Assembly (NCBI GenBank): GCA_950097015.1
Contig: CATNEN010000039.1
Span: 2,418,001-2,482,000 of the forward strand
Length of the DNA stretch: 64,000 nucleotides
Direction: 5' to 3'
Origin: Macrostomum hystrix
Lineage: Eukaryota; Animalia; Platyhelminthes
Shown here piece by piece: positions 15,236-27,005 of the stretch (the first letter of the stretch is position 1; each line of letters starts with the position of its first letter). The notes under the pieces are model-generated. The model had not been told where the DNA came from. It made no database searches and saw only the letters and a program-made list of their open reading frames with translations. Both the position numbers and the translations under genes were made by a program.

Positions 15236-17292
15236 CTGTCTTCCCATTCCCATCCATCATCTGTCTTCCCATTCCTATCCATCTGTCTTCCCATTCCCAT
15301 CCATCATCTGTCTTCCCATTCCCATCCATCTGTCTTCCCATTCTCATCCATCTGTCTTCCCATTCTCATCCATCTGTCTTTCCATTCCCATCCATCTGTC
15401 TTCCCGTTCCCATCCATCTGTCTTCCCATTCCCATCCATCTGTCTTCCCATTCTCATCCATCTGTCTTTCCATTCCCATCCATCTGTCTTCCCATTCTCA
15501 TCCATCTGTCTTTCCATTCCCATCCATCTGTCTTCCCATTCCCATCCATCTGTCTTCCCATTCTCATCCATCTGTCTTTCCATTCCCATCCATCTGTCTT
15601 CCCATTCCCATCCATCTGTCTTCCCATTCCCATCCATCTGTCTTCCCATTCTCATCCATCTGTCTTTCCCATTCCCATCCATCTGTCTTCCCATTCCTAT
15701 CCATCTGTCTTCCCATTCCCATCCATCTGTCTTCCCATTCTCATCCATCTGTCTTCCCATTCCCATCCATCTGTCTTCCCATTCCTATCCATCTGTCTTC
15801 CCATTCCCATCCATCTGTCTTCCCATTCCTATCCATCTGTCTTCCCATTCCCATCCATCTGTCTTCCCATTCCCATCCATCTGTCTTCCCATTCTCATCC
15901 ATCTGTCTTTCCATTCCCATCCATCTGTCTTCCCATTCCCATCCATCTGTCTTCCCATTCCCATCCATCTGTCTTCCCATTCCCATCCATCTGTCTTCCC
16001 ATTCCCATCCATCTGTCTTCCCATTCCTATCCATCTGTCTTCCCATTCCCATCCATCTGTCTTCCCATTCTCATCCATCTGTCTTTCCATTCCCATCCAT
16101 CTGTCTTCCCATTCCCATCCATCTGTCTTCCCATTCCCATCCATCTGTCTTCCCATTCTCACCCATCTGTCTTTCCATTCCCATCCATCTGTCTTCCCAT
16201 TCCCATCCATCTGTCTTCCCATTCCCATCCATCTGTCTTCCCATTCTCATCCATCTGTCTTTCCATTCCCATCCATCTGTCTTCCCATTCCCATCCATCT
16301 GTCTTCCCATTCCCATCCATCTGTCTTCCCATTCCTATCCATCTGTCTTCCCATTCTCATCCATCTGTCTTCCCATTCCCATCCATCATCTGTCTTCCCA
16401 TTCCCATCCATCTGTCTTCCCATTCCCATCCATCATCTGTCTTCCCATTCCCATCCATCTGTCTTCCCATTCTCATCCATCTGTCTTCCCATTCTCATCC
16501 ATCTGTCTTTCCATTCCCATCCATCTGTCTTCCCGTTCCCATCCATCTGTCTTCCCATTCCCATCCATCTGTCTTCCCATTCTCATCCATCTGTCTTTCC
16601 ATTCCCATCCATCTGTCTTCCCATTCCCATCCATCTGTCTTCCCATTCCCATCCATCTGTCTTCCCATTCTCATCCATCTGTCTTTCCATTCCCATCCAT
16701 CTGTCTTCCCATTCCCATCCATCTGTCTTCCCATTCCCATCCATCTGTCTTCCCATTCTCATCCATCTGTCTTTCCATTCCCATCCATCTGTCTTCCCAT
16801 TCCCATCCATCTGTCTTCCCATTCCCATCCATCTGTCTTCCCATTCCTATCCATCTGTCTTCCCATTCCCATTCACCTGTCTTCCCATTCCCATCCATCT
16901 GTCTTCCCATTTCCATTCACCTGTCTTCCCATTCCCATCCATCTGTTTTTCCATTCCCATCCATCTGTCTTTCCATTCCCATCCATCTGTTTTTCCATTC
17001 CCATCCATCTGTCTTCCCATTCCCATCCATCTGTCTTCCCATTCTCATCCATCTGTCTTTCCATTCCCATCCATCTGTCTTCCCATTCTCATCCATCTGT
17101 CTTTCCATTCCCATCCATCTGTCTTCCCATTCCCATCCATCTGTCTTCCCATTTCCATTCACCTGTCTTCCTATTCCCATCCATCTGTTTTTCCATTCCC
17201 ATCCATCTGTCTTTCCATTCCCATCCATCTGTTTTTCCATTCCCATCCATCTGTTCTTCCCATTCCTATCCATCTGTCTTCCCATTCCCATT
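15236..17292. repeat. 22-bp pyrimidine-rich minisatellite (TCTTCCCATTCCCATCCATCTG)n
   Basis: Direct tandem periodicity; a short copy also lies at 23641-23702. Confidence 0.96.
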
Positions 17293-17760
17293 GCATGATA
17301 GTGAATAAAGAACTCTTATAATCAAATAAGTCAAAATAGGCTTTAATACAAACCCGTGGCTATTAGCTGCTTCAGATACAGTGAGTAAACAATAGTTCAC
17401 ACTGGCTCACGCACGGGTCTAGCCTGGGTGAGCAGCTACTCGACCTGCTTGAGAACAGGCATGGCATATTAGCTTTAAAAATGCATTTCAGCTCAACCTA
17501 ATGCTTGAGGTTTCAGCTCTTGAATACACTGGCTACATCTCTGCTTCACTGAGCACACTCAGGCCCATCAGCAGAACCTGATGCTATTGACATTGTTACA
17601 ACTGCAAGAAATATTCTCAGTTTAGGAAGCTATCAGTCAATAGGCAATGCCAGCAGGAATACAATCGAGTCATTATCCCATGTTAAAACTAATCAGTTAG
17701 CGATTTCAATAATGCCAAATCTTAAGTACCTAAACTTGTGGGAAGTTCGTCTCGCCCCCG

Positions 17761-17768
17761 ACACACAC

Positions 17769-17810
<42 letters not shown>

Positions 17811-17847
17811 ACACACGCACACATACACACACACGCACACATACACA
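17761..17847. repeat. (CA)n microsatellite
   Basis: Imperfect CA run just upstream of the GPCR exon. Confidence 0.95.
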
Positions 17848-17907
17848 CCGGTGGGAACTGATTTGCAAGGACTCGCGCCGACACGCACCCCGCAGGCCGG
17901 AGGCGCG

Positions 17908-19075
17908 ATGTACATCTACCCGTTCGAGCGGCAGTTTTTCGACAATTTTCCTGCCTACCGGGCTGGCAAGCTGGTGAAATGCTGGCTGCCGCCTGCCCTG
18001 CTGCTTATCGGTACAGTCGGCAACTGCCTTGGCATCCACGTGCTGCGCAGCCGCTGCGGTCGCACCCCGGTCTATCGCTACCTGCTGATGCTGGCCATCA
18101 TGGACCAGGCCGTGCTGCTCACCGGCCTGCTCTGGAAATGGCTGCGAGAGGCCTTCGGGGTCCGGCCGGACACGTGGAATGTGCTCAGCTGCAAGCTGAT
18201 CTTCTACACACAGTTCTGCTGCAGCTACGCCTCTGTGTGGCTTATCGTTGCTATGACAACAGAACGCTTCTGCGTCATCGCCTGTCCGCTGCGAGCCAAC
18301 GCGGCCGCCAGTCGGGTTCGTCGAGTCAAGCTGAGCATCGGCGCCATCTTCGGACTGGACGCGGTCTTCAACACACACTGGCTGTGGACGCTGGGCCTCA
18401 CTAAGAAGAGCGTCAACGTCACCTGGACTGACGCTTACGGCAGCCACCAGGCCTTCAACTACAGCGACTGCGACCTCCGCCCGGAGCTGCGCATCGGCTA
18501 CGCTGTCTACTGGGCTGACACGGTGGCCTTCCTGCTGATCCCTTTCAGCGTCATTCTGGTCATGAACACCGTCATGATTGTCCAGGTGAAGCGAGCCAAG
18601 TCGATCATGAGCGACGGACAGGGCGGAAGGGAGGAGCGGCCGGGCGGGCAGTGCCGGAGCGTCGACACGCACGACCGGAGCGCCAGCTTCTTGTCGGCGA
18701 CGCTGCAGCAGCGCCAGCCGAATCAGAGTGCGGACATTGCGGCCTCTTCTACGAATGCGCCGGCAGCGGCTGTGGCGAAGATCCCAGCCCGGCTCGTGAC
18801 GCTGATGCTAATCGCCGTATCCGCCTCCTACCTGCTTTGCACCGGCCCGATAGCCGTTCTCAAACTGTCGCTCATCCTCGGGAATGTGCCGACATCAGAT
18901 GACCACGCCCGCATCGCCAGATACCACCTGGCGGACGCGGTGACGGAGATGGTGATGTACACCAACCACGTGGTGAATTTCTACCTGTACTGCGCATCTG
19001 GGGCTCGCTTCCGACGCGAACTCAGACGGGCCGTCTGCGGCCGCTGGCTGCGCGAGCCCCGACGTGTGGCGACCC

Positions 19076-19151
<76 letters not shown>

Positions 19152-19350
19152 GCCACAGACTGCCTGGCTTCGAGTGCCTCAGAATGGTAACCCGCGGGTC
19201 CATCGCCAGCCACAGTGTCATCAGTACTATCAGCAGTACTGCCAGCAGAGGCTCCTGGGACTGCCGCCGCCGCAGCGCCAGATTGTCGCTGCTGAATCGG
19301 TGCCATTGTCCCTGATGTCGGGCCGTCAGCACCCGGTGTTGGCAGTTTGA
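17908..19350 (+). CDS. Class A (rhodopsin-family) neuropeptide-type GPCR, FMRFamide/sex-peptide-receptor-like, with a polyQ C-tail
   Basis: Seven hydrophobic segments; IGTVGN (TM1), LAIMD (TM2), SVWLIVAMTTERFCVIACPL (TM3/ERF), LIPF (TM5), CTGP (TM6), NHVVNFYLYC..GARFR (TM7/H8); (CAG)24 at 19078-19149; acceptor CCCCGCAG ends at 17895, ATG at 17908. Confidence 0.92.
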
Positions 19351-19802
19351 ATTAATTCAACAAGGGACCTTGCCTGCTTGATTAACTGATCTTTTATTTG
19401 TGTTAAATTCGTATTTGTGCTTTACACTTTGGGAATAGGTTTGGACCATAGACAAAAATGAACGGTCCATTGAAAACTTAACTCTATTAAGAGTACAGGT
19501 TCTCTATTAAGGGGCCTGTCTCATCCAGTGCTTGTAATTGAATGGAATGACCAGTGACTTCTCAAGGCATAGTTTTTCTTTGACCCATTCTTGTCTGGAC
19601 ACTGTCAATTGGTTCAGTAAGCGGTCAGCGATTGCCACTGAGTCGAATGCATGTCTAACACATTAATTAACGTTTACGAATGGCACATTGGGAGGAATGT
19701 ATCCTAAACAAGAGGATATAATTGTATATATAATATTATATATATATATATATATTAAGTATAATGTATAATGTATAATGTATAATATATATTATATTTA
19801 TA

Positions 19803-20930
19803 TACCGGGTGGCCCAGGCGTTTAAGGACAACTTAAAAATAATCAAATGTATATACATTTTTAATATAAAAACAACCAACAAACGAAAACTTTAACATTT
19901 TAACTGACCGCCATAATGTCTAGATGGCAACTAAAAATAACATTTACTCAATGTAGCCCCCCTCCACTGCATACACGGCTTCAATGCGAGACCGAAACTT
20001 GGTACAGGCACCTCTGATGACGGCAGGGCCCTGAGCTGACCAGGCAGCACTAACAGCAACTTGGAGAGTCTCCACGGTAGCATAAGTTGTTAAACATGCA
20101 ACGCGGGCCACGTTGTTCCACACAAAGTAATCGAGAGGGGAACAGTCTGGACTCGATGGTGGCCAAGTGGTTGCATCCCAGAAGTCCTCGCCGAGCTCCC
20201 GGCGAAGAAATTCTTGAGTAGCGACAGCCGTGTGGGCAGGAGCGCCGTCCTGCTGAAAAACAAACGTACCTGGGGCAAAGTTGTGTCGAATCCATGGCAG
20301 TACATGATCCTGCAGCATGCGGATGTACTCGGCTGAGTTGATTTTCACTCCAGCTGGTACCCAGATCGGGGGAGCCACCCTGCCGTCCGAAGCCACGACA
20401 CCGAGAAACATGGCACCTTTGGCATGTTGCTGGCGAGGCATGAAGCGGTGTTCCTCCGCAGCAGAGCTGGAGTCTCCTGACGGTGCCAGATATCGGTCAT
20501 TCTGTCGATTGAAGGCCCTGTCGACGGTCCAGAACTTCTCATCGCTGAAGATCAGAACCTTCCCGGCGTCCGGTCCTTTCAGTCGGTTGATTAATTGACG
20601 GCACCGTTCTGCTCGAACAGATCTGGCAGTTGCTGTTAATGCCTGCGATTCTTTAATCTTATACGAACTGAGGTCAAGGTCTTCGTGTACCAGCCTCTGC
20701 ATCGTGCTCCTTGAAACACCACTTGACCTGGCAAGCTCCCTGATGGACACTCGAGGGTCAGCTTTGATCCTCTCAGCCACAGTTTCGCGAAGCTCCTCTG
20801 ACCTGATTGGTCTTGGAGAGTTGTGGGGTTTCCTTTCAACTGCCGCAGCAGCTCCAACTTCTTCAATGTCGCTCTTGACGGCGTAAACAAACGACCTTGC
20901 AACATTGAGGTTCTCTGCTATCTGTGCTGG
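19803..20930 (-). mobile_element. Tc1/mariner-superfamily (maT/DD37D-like) DNA transposon, 5'-truncated; transposase 19944-~20930
   Basis: HTH (SIRELARSSGVSRSTMQRLV), FSDEK, FQQDGAPAH, WPPSSPDCSPLDY, C-terminal GGYIE; one terminus TA|TACCGGGTGGCCCA at 19801-19816 in a TA-rich target; the other end is absent. Confidence 0.93.
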
Positions 20931-23535
20931 AGAGATGAGACACGGGATAGATGAGACACGGGAGAGATGAGACACGGGAGAGATGAGACACGGGAGAGAT
21001 AAGACACTGGAGAGATGAGACACGGGCGAGATGAGACACGGGATAGATGAGACACGGGATAGATGAGACACGGGAGAGATGAGACACGGGAGAGATAAGA
21101 CACTGGAGAGATGAGACACGGGAGAGATGAGACACTGGAGAGATGAGACACGGGCGAGATGAGACACGGGATAGATGAGACACGGGAGAGATAAGACACT
21201 GGAGAGATGAGACACGGGCGAGATGAGACACGGGATAGATGAGACACGGGATAGATGAGACACGGGAGAGATGAGACACGGGAAAGATAAGACACGGGAG
21301 AGATGAGACACGGGAGAGATAAGACACAGGAGAGATGAGACACGGGAGAGATGAGACACGGGAGAGATGAGACACGGGAGAGATGAGACACGGGAGAGAT
21401 GAGACACGGGAGAGATGAGACACGGGAGAGATAAGACACGGGAGAGATGAGACACGGGAGAGATAAGACACGGGAGAGATGAGACACAGGAGAGATGAGA
21501 CACGGGAGAGATAAGACACTGGAGAGATGAGACACGGGAGAGATAAGACACAGGAGAGATGAGACACGGGAGAGATGAGACACTGGAGAGATGAGACACG
21601 GGCGAGATGAGACACGGGATAGATGAGACACGGGATAGATGAGACACGGGAGAGATGAGACACGGGAGAGATGAGACACGGGAGAGATGAGACACGGGAG
21701 AGATGAGACACGGGAGAGATGAGACACGGGAGAGATGAGACACGGGAGAGATGAGACACGGGAGAGATAAGACACGGGAGAGATGAGACACGGGATAGAT
21801 GAGACACGGGAGAGATGAGACACGGGAGAGATGAGACACGGGAGAGATGAGACACGGGAGAGATGAGACACGGGAGAGATGAGACACGGGAGAGATGAGA
21901 CACGGGAGAGATAAGACACGGGAGAGATGAGACACAGGAGAGATAAGACACAGGAGAGATGAGACACGGGAGAGATGAGACACGGGAGAGATGAGACACG
22001 GGAGAGATGAGACACGGGAGAGATGAGACACGGGAGAGATGAGACACGGGAGAGATAAGACACGGGAGAGATGAGACACGGGATAGATGAGACACGGGAG
22101 AGATGAGACACGGGAGAGATGAGACACGGGAGAGATGAGACACGGGAGAGATGAGACACGGGAGAGATGAGACACGGGAGAGATGAGACACGGGAGAGAT
22201 AAGACACGGGAGAGATGAGACACAGGAGAGATAAGACACAGGAGAGATGAGACACGGGAGAGATGAGACACGGGAGAGATGAGACACGGGAGAGATGAGA
22301 CACGGGAGAGATGAGACACGGGAGAGATGAGACACGGGAGAGATAAGACACGGGAGAGATGAGACACGGGAGAGATAAGACACGGGAGAGATGAGACACG
22401 GGAGAGATGAGACACGGGAGAGATGAGACACGGGAGAGATAAGACACTGGAGAGATGAGACACGGGAGAGATAAGACATAGGAGAGATGAGACACGGGAG
22501 AGATGAGACACGGGAGAGATGAGACACGGGAGAGATGAGACACTGGAGAGATGAGACACGGGAGAGATAAGACACAGGAGAGATGAGACACAGGAGAGAT
22601 GAGACACGGGAGAGATGAGACACGGGAGAGATAAGACACTGGAGAGATGAGACACGGGAGAGATAAGACACAGGAGAGATGAGACACGGGCGAGATGAGA
22701 CACGGGATAGATGAGACACGGGATAGATGAGACACGGGATAGATGAGACACGGGATAGATGAGACACGGGATAGATGAGACACGGGATAGATGAGACACG
22801 GGAGAGATGAGACACGGGAGAGATTAGACACGGGAGAGATTAGACACGGGAGAGATGAGACACGGGATAGATGAGACACGGGATAGATGAGACACGGGAT
22901 AGATGAGACACGGGATAGATGAGACACGGGAGAGATGAGACACGGGAGAGATTAGACACGGGAGAGATTAGACACGGGAGAGATTAGACACGGGAGAGAT
23001 TAGACACGGGAGAGATTAGACACGGGATAGATGAGACACGGGAGAGATGAGACACGGGATAGATGAGACACGGGAGAGATGAGACACGGGAGAGATAATA
23101 ATAATAATAATAATAATAATTGCAGGAGGGCTGCGGGCAATGACACATAGTTTGGTGACACTAGACCCGCAGCCAGCGAGGAGGCAATTCTGCCCATTTC
23201 GCTGACTCCTGAGCACACACGCACACAGATACCGTACGCAGGCATACGCTCTCACAGGTGTGTACATCTGCCCTGACTTTCTCATCGTCAGGCAGTGTAC
23301 ACTCGAACTGTGCCTTGGAGGTTGGCCCTCAAGGGCGTAAATTGCACGACAAGCCCCCAGGCCTTCTCTCCGCGGCTGCGCCCCAAATAAATGTGGCCTC
23401 GCCGTGGAATCGAACTTAGGGACTGTGGTGCGAGTGGCAAACGCGTTAACTGCTCTGCCACCGACCCCCCCACGGGAGAGATGAGACACGGGAGAGATGA
23501 GACACGGGAGAGATGAGACACAGGAGATGAGACAG
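20927..23535. repeat. 16-bp purine-rich minisatellite (GAGAGATGAGACACGG)n, interrupted by a SINE at 23095-23470
   Basis: Direct tandem periodicity on both sides of the SINE. Confidence 0.96.
23095..23470 (-). mobile_element. tRNA-derived SINE, family A, copy 1
   Basis: Minus strand: A-box-like TGGCAGAGCAGTT, B-box GTTCGATTCC, ~250-bp body, (ATT)n tail; homologous copy at 32659-32964. Confidence 0.85.
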
Positions 23536-23560
23536 GATACTATAGGTGTTGGAAGGGGCA

Positions 23561-23625
23561 ACGGGCCGGATTTGGGAGCTTCGAGGGCCGCATCTGGCCC
23601 GCGGGCCGGAGTTTGCCGACCCCTG
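23561..23625 (-). mobile_element. hAT/Charlie-type terminal fragment
   Basis: Minus strand reads CAGGGGTCGGCAAACTCCGGCCCGCGGGCCAGATGCGGCCC, the typical Charlie/MER58-like terminus; no partner end seen. Confidence 0.7.
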
Positions 23626-24486
23626 GCTTATGGCCTCCGCAGTCTTCCCCATTCCCACTCATCTGTCTTCCCATTCCCATCCATCTGTCTTCCCATTCCC
23701 ACCCAACTGTCAAAGATATCAGGTGAATGGTGCGCTGGTTTCCAGGTGAGCTCGCACTGAGAAGAAAGGACGACTTCAAATCAGGTGAAAGCTGCACAGA
23801 ATAGATGAAAGGATTCGAAATTAATGAATATCCTCAACCAGACAAATCAAGAGAAGTAAAAATGCTGGTCAAGGGATGGCAAATCGAGGCCTCCGGGGGG
23901 AGTGGATTATAATCTTTTTCTTCCCAGATTCGGGGCTGCGTAATTCAGGAAGAGGGCCGCCCTGATTGAATTGCAAGCAGGCCAGTGGGACAGCATTGCG
24001 TATAGACAGGCGGCCCAGGTCTCATGTCCTCCGTCTCGGTGCGCGCAGCTTCGCCAAGGCCTGTTTTTTGAGTCGCTCTCGATCAGCGAGCCACTGGAGA
24101 GCCACTTCAGAGCAGCGATGGCCCATAGCTGGACTCATGCAGCATATTTCTGCATCGTACTCTAGCAGGCTAGACGCATCCTCGTCAGTCTAATCTTGAT
24201 CGATGCACTTTTCTAGTACAAAACATCAAGCTTTAGGCCGCATCATGTACCTCTCCAACATCAGTATAGTTTGAGAAAATGAGCTCATTTCTCTTGAATC
24301 GATAATAGCAATTTTGCTTTGCTTGAGCAGCCAGGACAATAAACACCTGACAGGGGGAGGATTCCAGGAGCAGTTTTAGCCAGAGCCACAGTGAGAATAG
24401 TACCATGCGAAAATTGCATCTGATAGTATAAAGAGCACACTTTTTTGTGAGCCATTGTAGCGAGCTAGAAAAGCCATAGCTAAACT

Positions 24487-24985
24487 CGGAATCGCATCAA
24501 GAGCTGTAGCTGCACACAGAATCGCAGCAAGAGCTGAAGTTGTACGCAGAATCGCAGCAAGAGCTGAAGCTGCACGCAGAATCGCAGCAAGAGCTGAAGC
24601 TGCACGCAGAATCGCAGCAAGAGCTGTAGCTGTACGCAGAATCGCAGCAAGAGCTGAAGCTGCACACAGAATCGCAGCAAGAGCTGTAGCTGTACGCAGA
24701 ATCGCAGCAAGAGCTGAAGCTGCACACAGAATCGCAGCAAGAGCTGTAGCTGCACACAGAATCGCAGCAAGAGCTGAAGCTGCACGCAGAATCGCAGCAA
24801 GAGCTGAAGCTGCACACAGAATCGCAGCAAGAGCTGAAGCTGCACACAGAATCGCAGCAAGAGCTGAAGCTGCACGCAGAATCGCAGCAAGAGCTGAAGC
24901 TGCACACAGAATCGCAGCAAGAGCTGAAGCTGCACGCAGAATCGCAGCAAGAGCTGTAGCTGCACACAGAATCGCAGCAAGAAGC
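24487..24985. repeat. 30-bp minisatellite (AGAATCGCAGCAAGAGCTGAAGCTGCACAC)n
   Basis: About 16 units; shares a 15-bp core with the 7.0-7.7 kb array. Confidence 0.95.
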
Positions 24986-25393
24986 GAAGCAAGAATTGTC
25001 ATTAAAAACTGCACACATTTAGGTGCAAAAAAATAGCTAATGTTTTATGTCACCCAACAAAGGATCGACTTTCAGCTGGCTTAAGCGCAGAAGAGCCCGG
25101 ACCCCATTAGGACCCATGAATAAGTGATTCGATTCCTTCCTACATTTTGACTTTCAATTTTTAAGAGCCATGCAGTCGTCCATGCCAATCCTGAGGCTAA
25201 CTACTATCAAAAGGAGTCATCCAGGCTTTGAAAATTGAGCTCTGCATGAGTTTGCACCATAACCGCCTTATACAAAAAAACCTACCACACATCAATAATT
25301 AAATTGCTAACAAAAATAATATTATTAAGGAGTCAAAAGGATGCCACAACAGTATCCCATATCGCAGATCCCATATTCATAAAAGCTGAAAGC

Positions 25394-26092
25394 TCCCAGA
25401 TCAAAGATCCCAAATAAATTATCCCAGATCAAAGATCCCAGATCAAAGATCCCAGATCAAAGATCCCAGATCAAAGATCCCAGATCAAAGATCCCAGATC
25501 AAAGATCTCAGATCAAAGATCCCAAATCAATTATCCAAGATCAAAGATCCCAGATCAAAGATCCCAGATCAAAGATCCCGGATCAAAGATCCCAGATCAA
25601 AGATCTCAGATCAAAGATCCCAAATCAAAGATCCCAGATCAAAGATCCCGGATCAAAGATTCCATATCAAAGATCCCAGATCAAAGATCTCAAATCAAAG
25701 ATCCCAGATCAAAGATCCCAGATCAAAGATCCCAGATCAAAGATCCCGGATCAAAGATTCCATATCAAAGATCCCAGATCAAAGATCTCAAATCAAAGAT
25801 CCCAGATCAAAGATCCCAGATCAAAGATCCCAGATCAAAGATCCCAGATCAAGGATCCCAGATCAAAGTTCCCAGATCTAAGATCCCAGATCAAAGATCC
25901 CAGATCAAAGATCCCATATCAAAGATCCCAGATCAAAGATCCCAGAAACAGTTTTAAAAGAAATCAGTGAAGATTCAACATGAAATATCTGCATTGTTTC
26001 GCACAAATCAAAGATCCCAGATCAAAGATCCCAGATCAAAGATCCCAGATCAAAGATCCCAGATCAAAGATCCCAGATCAAAGATCCCAGAA
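25394..26092. repeat. 14-bp minisatellite (GATCCCAGATCAAA)n
   Basis: Direct periodicity; includes a duplicated ~63-bp unique flank (25942-26004 and 26087-26150). Confidence 0.94.
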
Positions 26093-26689
26093 TCAGTTTT
26101 AAAAGAAATCAGTAAAGATTCAACATGAAATATCTGCATTGTTTCGCACAAGAAGCTAGCATGGTACAACATAACATGAGAACTGTTATTGAGCTGTAAT
26201 GTTATGTATTGTTTGTAGGCAAGTGAGCAAACACATAAATGATAATGTAATAACTTAAGTCAGTGCAGTTTTTACAATACGTTGTAGGAAATAAGATAAT
26301 ATTCGTGACGATATGTTGCTGAAAAGTAAATAAAGTAAATTGTAGACAAATATTACATACAGGAAAATAGAACAAAAAAGTAAAAAAATTCTTTGCGCAT
26401 TTTCCAGCACCATTTTCAGCACAGGGAAGTGCAAAAGTGCACCAAACTTCAACACAAAAGAAAAAATCCTAAAGTAGAATTGAAATGCTAAGGAAATTAA
26501 AGTTAATCAACTGTAAACAGGAGAATTGCTAAGCTAAACAAATGCATTTTCTCACAATAGGAGCTAATTACAAGCATTCGGGCTGGACCATATAAAAATT
26601 GTGTTCAGGAGGTTACAAAACTTGTTCAAGGTGGAAATCTTCAGGTGCGGATCCTAACCAATTGGGTCATGGCAGAAGGGGATCAAGGA

Positions 26690-27005
26690 AGGCGTCAGGA
26701 AAGTCAGTGCAGAGGGGTCAATGCAGGGGGGCAGGAAGGAGGTCAGTTCAGGTCAGGGAGGTCAGTGCAGGGGGTCAGAAAAGTCAGTGCAGGGGGGTCA
26801 GGAATGTCAGTGCAGGGGGTCAGGAATGTCAGTGTAGGGGGTCAGGAAAGCCAGTGCAGGGGGTCAGGAATGTCAGTGCAGGGGGGTCAGGAATGTCAGT
26901 GCAGGGGGTCAGGAATGTCAGTGCCGAAGGGTCAGGAAGATCAGTCTAGAGGGGGGCAGGAAGGTCAGTCCAGAGGAGGTCAGTTCAGGTCAGGGAGGTC
27001 AGTTG
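26690..27005. repeat. ~23-bp minisatellite (GTCAGGAATGTCAGTGCAGGGGG)n abutting the CEP192 stop codon
   Basis: Degenerate tandem units. Confidence 0.85.

Noticed and set aside
8280-17292. CRISPR-like appearance of the regular repeat arrays
   Set aside because: There are no unique spacers and no cas genes, and the context is eukaryotic.
19444-19600. Weak inverted repeat (possible MITE) after the GPCR
   Set aside because: The match is short and gapped, and no TSD was found.
20863-22927. 650-669-aa ORFs (SHLSRVSSLPCLISPV)n
   Set aside because: The 16-bp minisatellite is stop-free in all three minus frames; this is not evidence of coding.
23780-24400. Moderately GC-rich unique stretch with short ORFs
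   Set aside because: No recognisable domain or splice structure; it may be TE debris but cannot be supported.
24376-25018. Ala-rich (antifreeze-like) and Cys-rich (metallothionein-like) ORFs
   Set aside because: They are alternative translations of one 30-bp minisatellite.
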